From: Candidatus Omnitrophota bacterium
GTDB lineage: Bacteria > Omnitrophota > Gorgyraeia > Duberdicusellales > 4484-171
NCBI GenBank assembly: GCA_037146775.1
Contig: JBAWWL010000002.1
Coordinates: 198,554 to 262,553, forward strand
DNA length: 64,000 bases
Direction: 5' to 3'
A program made the position numbers and the translations under genes. Position 1 is the stretch's first letter; each line of letters starts with the position of its first letter. The notes under the pieces were generated by a model. The model was not told the DNA's origin. It searched no databases and saw nothing but the letters and a program-made list of their open reading frames with translations. Shown here one piece after another: positions 59,752 through 64,000 of this stretch.

Positions 59752-60390
59752 GCGAGGCAGGGAATGACCGTTATTTTCGTAAGCCATAATATGGGAGCAA
59801 TTGAGAATTTATGCCAACGTACTATATTGATTGACGCCGGAGCGGTGAAAAGGGACGATGATACATCGACAACGATTGCGTTATATTTAGAAAATATTTC
59901 TACGAATATTTCAACTGTGTCGCTGTTGGAGCGTAAAGATCGCTCAGGATCAGGAATCGTTAAATTCTCTGATTTTCGAATAGAAGATTTGCTGGGTAAT
60001 TCGTTGAATGTTGTTCATAGTGGGCAAGATATTGTCTTTATTTTTGATTTTGCCTCGACAAATTCCGCAAACTCGCTTAACGTAGATGTCGGTTTTGGTG
60101 TTTTTTCTCCCATGGGTCAACTTCTTTTTGTTCTTTATAGTAGCTATACTGGAGAAGAATTTAAAGAGCTTGCCATACAAGGGAGTTTTTGTTGCAGAGT
60201 TAATAAATTACCATTGATACCTGGACGGTATAGAGTAGGGGCACGAATTGTGGTGGGGCAGGATGAGTCTGATTGGCCGGCCGACGGTATCGGTTATTTC
60301 GATGTTGAGGCTGGTGATTTTTACGGTACAGGGAGTATGGGGTTTGGCCAGTGTCCGATATTAGTTGACGGTTCGTGGTTTTTGAAATAA
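59146..60390 (+). CDS. wzt: ABC polysaccharide export ATPase with a different C-terminal domain (copy B)
   Basis: Same NBD up to GKMEDV, then VSHN and an unrelated RSGSG...LIPGRY Wzt_C-like tail. Confidence 0.92.
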   Translation: MSVVIKVENLGKRYVISHQEQQRYRTLRDVVTNKFKSFGKKTASTKEEIWALKNVSFEVKQGERVGIIGRNGAGKSTLLKLLSRITEPTKGKIGLCGRVGSLLEVGTGFHPELTGRENIYLNGAILGMSKSDIRKKFDDIVAFAEIDKFLDTPVKRYSSGMYVRLAFAVAAHLEPEILLVDEVLAVGDVSFQKKCLGKMEDVARQGMTVIFVSHNMGAIENLCQRTILIDAGAVKRDDDTSTTIALYLENISTNISTVSLLERKDRSGSGIVKFSDFRIEDLLGNSLNVVHSGQDIVFIFDFASTNSANSLNVDVGFGVFSPMGQLLFVLYSSYTGEEFKELAIQGSFCCRVNKLPLIPGRYRVGARIVVGQDESDWPADGIGYFDVEAGDFYGTGSMGFGQCPILVDGSWFLK

Positions 60391-61079
60391 ACACAAATTG
60401 TGTTATGGTAATACTTGGTGTTTTAAGGAAAAAAATTACAAAGATATGGCGCAATATTTTAAAGCATATCCCGTTTACCACTTTGAATAGTTTTGGCAAA
60501 GCTTATTCGAAGATAAGCCCTATTAAGGGATTTCTTACTCCAGGGCAGGAAGAATGGATGTTTACAGTAGCGAAGAGACTTCCTCCATCAGCGAATATTT
60601 TAGAAATTGGTTGTTATCTTGGTCGGTCGACCGCGAGTTTTGCTTCAGGATGTGTTGGTACCAATAAGCGGGTTTATTCTATTGATATTTTTGGCGGTTT
60701 GTATCAGGATGTGATTAATGACTCTGACCTTAGGGAGGCATTTGGTTCTGATTTCTTTGAGAAATGGCGGCGCAACATGAAAGATGCGGGGGTCGCGGAT
60801 TACGTCTTACCCTTAAAGGGGGATTCAAAGAATATTGCACAGATTTGGCGTGCGCCAATACATCTTTTATTTATTGATGGCTCTCATGTTTACGACGATA
60901 TCATCGCTGATTTTAATAATTTTTTTACGTATGTCGTATCGGGTGGTATCGTCGCTTTCCATGACGTGCTTCCAGCGTGGTCAGGTGTGTATAAGGTGTG
61001 GCATGATGTTGCGAAATATCAATTGGTACGAATAGGCAATTGTGATTCGATTTGTTATGGTAGTAAACCGAGCGAATAA
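60375..61079 (+). CDS. Class I SAM methyltransferase (Methyltransf_24-like)
   Basis: LEIGCYLGRST, FIDGSHVY and GGIVAFHD motifs; start may be 60405. Confidence 0.85.
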   Translation: MVFEINTNCVMVILGVLRKKITKIWRNILKHIPFTTLNSFGKAYSKISPIKGFLTPGQEEWMFTVAKRLPPSANILEIGCYLGRSTASFASGCVGTNKRVYSIDIFGGLYQDVINDSDLREAFGSDFFEKWRRNMKDAGVADYVLPLKGDSKNIAQIWRAPIHLLFIDGSHVYDDIIADFNNFFTYVVSGGIVAFHDVLPAWSGVYKVWHDVAKYQLVRIGNCDSICYGSKPSE

Positions 61080-61085
61080 ATACTG

Positions 61086-61964
61086 ATGAGAAAGCGAATA
61101 GCTGCTATTTTTAGACAGGCGATGGGTGTGGCGAAGATGAAGCTATTTGTGATTGGAATTTACCTTAAAAGATTATTCAGGCGGCATGCGATTGTTGTTG
61201 AGGATGTTTATGACATTAAATTTATATATTATCCATGGGAAAAGAGGTCCTTACGCACGTTGCTTCGTAAGGAGTATTACAGGGAAGAATTTCAGGCATT
61301 GGAGAAGTTGATTCGTCCTAAAGACACAGTGTTCGATGTTGGTGCTAATGTTGGAATATTCAGTGTTTTCTTAAGTCGTTTAGCGATGGAGGGCGGGAAG
61401 GTTTTTGCTTTTGAACCTGTCCCTGAGACGTATTGGCGGTTACGTGAGAATCTTGCGCTTAACCGGTGTTTAAATGTACTGTCTATCCAGATGGCAGTTT
61501 CTGACAGAGAGGGTGTGGTGGCGATGAACATATTCCCTAAAGAATATTCAGATTGGAATACGATGGGTAAGCCTGTTATGTCCAGTCCAGAAGGCGACAT
61601 CGTTCCCTGTGAATCTACCGCCGTTACTGCTGTTACGCTAGATGATTTCTGTAAGAAAGAAAATATTGATCATATAGATTTTCTTAAGGTTGACGTAGAA
61701 GGTTTTGAAAAAAATGTATTTCTTGGCGCGCGGCAGCTTTTAAGAGAAAAGCGCATCGGTTATATTTGTTTTGAGATATCAGAAGAGCCACTTAAGGGTG
61801 CCGGCATTGCCGCCCGCGATGTGTTTGCTCTTCTTGAGAGTTATGAGTATCTTGTTTATAAATTTGATCATGCACACGATGTCTTTCAAGGGCCTATCCA
61901 TAGTTCCAGTGAGTATTATGCGAATTATTTCGCTTCATGGAAAAATTTGAATGAGGTAAGGTAA
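61086..61964 (+). CDS. FkbM family methyltransferase
   Basis: FDVGANVG, FAFEP, TLDD and LKVDVEGFE motifs. Confidence 0.9.
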   Translation: MRKRIAAIFRQAMGVAKMKLFVIGIYLKRLFRRHAIVVEDVYDIKFIYYPWEKRSLRTLLRKEYYREEFQALEKLIRPKDTVFDVGANVGIFSVFLSRLAMEGGKVFAFEPVPETYWRLRENLALNRCLNVLSIQMAVSDREGVVAMNIFPKEYSDWNTMGKPVMSSPEGDIVPCESTAVTAVTLDDFCKKENIDHIDFLKVDVEGFEKNVFLGARQLLREKRIGYICFEISEEPLKGAGIAARDVFALLESYEYLVYKFDHAHDVFQGPIHSSSEYYANYFASWKNLNEVR

Positions 61965-61973
61965 CCATTTAAC

Positions 61974-64000
61974 ATGCGATTAATGTTAATATACCATCAC
62001 GGAGCGTTAAAAAGTTCGATGTTTCTTTATGACGCATTGGCAAATATTGCTGGCATTGAACTGTTTGTTGTCGTTCCAGAAAAAATAAAAGTAGATACAG
62101 TTTACGAGGCAACCGAATGGCTAACTCCAGCCCATGTGCGCAGTCATCAAAGATATGAGTTAATTTCCGTTCCATTAAAAGACCCGGCTCGGTATAATTT
62201 GGGCTTTGATAATAAAAAGATGTGGCTGGCAATTCGAGCCAAAAAGCCAGATATCATACATGTATTGGATGAACCATATTCACAATTTCTCTTTGAGACA
62301 ATTTTTCTTAAGCTGACCGCTTGTTTTCGTTCGCGGGTCATTTTTTATGGATATGACAATCTTCCCTTGCAGATTGCTGGCTTGAGATCTTCGTTACGAT
62401 GGAGATTCGTGCGTTCTCAGCTCGCTGGAGGTGTCGTTGCTAACAAAGAGGCTTTAGAGAATATTAGAAAGGAAGGATTTTCCAAGGATAAACCTCTTGA
62501 GCGCATTTTTTGGGGTGTGCCTACAGAACTATTTAAACCAATGGACAAGGAGGTATTACGCAAAGAACTATCTCTTAATCATGAATTTATAATAGGTTAT
62601 ATCGGCAGGCTCTTGTCGGAAAAGGGGATTTCAGTTTTACTGGAAGCGATGAGGCAATTGTCGCACGGTATGGTTTGTTTGATTATTGGTAATGGTGTGA
62701 TGAAGAGTGAACTTAAAGAGCGGGCTAAAGAACCTATCTTGCAGGGAAGAGTTTTAATATGTGACGCTATGGAACCGGAACGATTAGTGAAATATTTGAA
62801 TTGTATGGATGTGTTGGTTTTACCATCACTTACTACATCACAATGGAAGGAGCAATATGGGCGCGTAATTAGTGAGGCGATGGCTTGCGGTATTCCGGTG
62901 GTAGGCTCTGACTCGGGGGCTATCCCTGAAGTTATCGGTAATTGCGGTTTTGTTACTCGGGAAAACGACGCGGTAGCCTTAGCGGCCGCGATTCTAAAAA
63001 TTATTGAGGATCATGATTTACGTAAGCTGTTTATCAAGAAATCACTGGTACGTGTCGAGACGGAATTATCAACTCAAGTCATGAGCAATAAGTTTAACAT
63101 TTTTTATCAGAGTATTTTAAGGCAGCCACTATTTCGATTACACAGTATAATTTATCCGTTTCGCATTATAAAATATATCATACGTTATGTTTATCGAATT
63201 ACAGTCAACTATAGCAGGTATTTTGTGATTATGCCGATTAGGAGGTTTATCGAACGAAAATATTTCCGCGCTATCAAACGTAGCTATCGTGAGCAATGTT
63301 GGTGTGGCGGCGATATTATTCCGTTTGTATACCATGGTAGTTATAGTGTGTGTAAGATTTGTGGAACATATGTAAATCAGCACCCACCGATGCTGCACGA
63401 ATTAAAAAAGCTTTATACTTTCGATTTGTATTGGCACACAAAGCAAAGATTTAAAGGCCATCCTACAATAGAGAAACGTACCAAGTATGACCGTGTTGAC
63501 GGACGGTTGGAATATTGGTTAAATTTAATCGCACGATATGTGCCACTGGGATGTAACGTGATTGAAGTTGGGTGTGCACATGGTGCTTTGTTGGTAGAAT
63601 TAAATAAGCTGGGCTACAGATGTATTGGGATTGAACCTGATGAATGTACTGTTCAGTGGGTTAGAAAGAATACAGGATTAGATATCCGAGGGGGATTTTT
63701 CCCCCATGTCGATCTACCGCCATGCGATTTGTTTCTTGCTTTCGATGTTCTTGAACACGCTCCTGAGCCTGAAATCTTTATGCGGGGCGTCGCGCGTTTA
63801 TTAAGACCAGGTGGAACAGCTATTATCCAGGCCCCGACTGACAGAAGCGATTCCAGGCCTCCTTTTGGACGTTGTTTTAGGGATACCTTCGATGATACAG
63901 AGCACTTGTTTATTTATACCGACCAGGCAATGAAGGAGTTAGCAAAGAGATCAGGATTGTATGTTGTGAGCTTAACTGAACGATTATCGGTGCATCAAGA
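61974..64000 (+). CDS. GT4 glycosyltransferase fused to a Zn-ribbon class I methyltransferase; runs off window (absent from ORF track)
   Basis: Manual translation from ATG 61974: MRLMLIYHHG...KPDIIHVLDEP...GYIGRL..EKG...WKEQYGRVISEAMACG, open through CWCGG...CKICG, VIEVGCAHG, FDVLEH and LRPGG. Confidence 0.8.
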   Translation, partial: MRLMLIYHHGALKSSMFLYDALANIAGIELFVVVPEKIKVDTVYEATEWLTPAHVRSHQRYELISVPLKDPARYNLGFDNKKMWLAIRAKKPDIIHVLDEPYSQFLFETIFLKLTACFRSRVIFYGYDNLPLQIAGLRSSLRWRFVRSQLAGGVVANKEALENIRKEGFSKDKPLERIFWGVPTELFKPMDKEVLRKELSLNHEFIIGYIGRLLSEKGISVLLEAMRQLSHGMVCLIIGNGVMKSELKERAKEPILQGRVLICDAMEPERLVKYLNCMDVLVLPSLTTSQWKEQYGRVISEAMACGIPVVGSDSGAIPEVIGNCGFVTRENDAVALAAAILKIIEDHDLRKLFIKKSLVRVETELSTQVMSNKFNIFYQSILRQPLFRLHSIIYPFRIIKYIIRYVYRITVNYSRYFVIMPIRRFIERKYFRAIKRSYREQCWCGGDIIPFVYHGSYSVCKICGTYVNQHPPMLHELKKLYTFDLYWHTKQRFKGHPTIEKRTKYDRVDGRLEYWLNLIARYVPLGCNVIEVGCAHGALLVELNKLGYRCIGIEPDECTVQWVRKNTGLDIRGGFFPHVDLPPCDLFLAFDVLEHAPEPEIFMRGVARLLRPGGTAIIQAPTDRSDSRPPFGRCFRDTFDDTEHLFIYTDQAMKELAKRSGLYVVSLTERLSVHQ

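Noticed and set aside
53616-60390. Diversity-generating retroelement (Avd-like genes plus a long repeat)
   Set aside because: No reverse transcriptase in the window; the wzt repeat is identical rather than adenine-mismatched and covers the conserved ATPase, not a variable region.

Overview
Bacterial chromosome segment, roughly 40% GC by eye with AT-richer stretches, with a diderm envelope (Mla/PqiC, Wza, outer-membrane beta-barrel). Gene content and repeat style suggest a PVC/Omnitrophota-like uncultured lineage, but this is a weak inference. All ~62 credible genes are on the + strand. Layout: (1) 1-4.7 kb, a Tes/MJ0619-family radical SAM operon with a DUF318 permease, DUF3343, a ribokinase-fold protein and YeeE/YedE. 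(2) 4.8-19.3 kb, mixed metabolic and envelope genes. (3) 19.36-30.0 kb, an island marked by six copies of a GGGGTCAGAC repeat around a HUH Y1 transposase; it carries three radical SAM genes (one frameshifted) and a GT2-GT43 fusion whose GT43 half looks like eukaryotic GlcAT-I. (4) 30-40.5 kb, transport, sulfur and Mla genes. (5) 40.5-45.7 kb, a dense nest of inverted and direct short-period repeats around an MNT-HEPN pair, a structured ncRNA candidate and a P-type ATPase. (6) 45.9-64 kb, a large surface-polysaccharide locus (OM barrel, wza, wzc, O-antigen ligase, priming transferase, wzm, two wzt with an identical 597-bp 5' block but unrelated C-terminal domains, methyltransferases, a GT4-methyltransferase fusion). 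This locus is interrupted by three four-helix-bundle (IVP/Avd-like) genes, each enclosed by its own inverted array of ~7-nt repeats. The best candidate for an undescribed system is this family of foldback cassettes, which occurs here in gene-filled, empty, half and nested forms. No rRNA, tRNA or CRISPR array was seen. All family calls come from motif recognition by eye; no searches were run.
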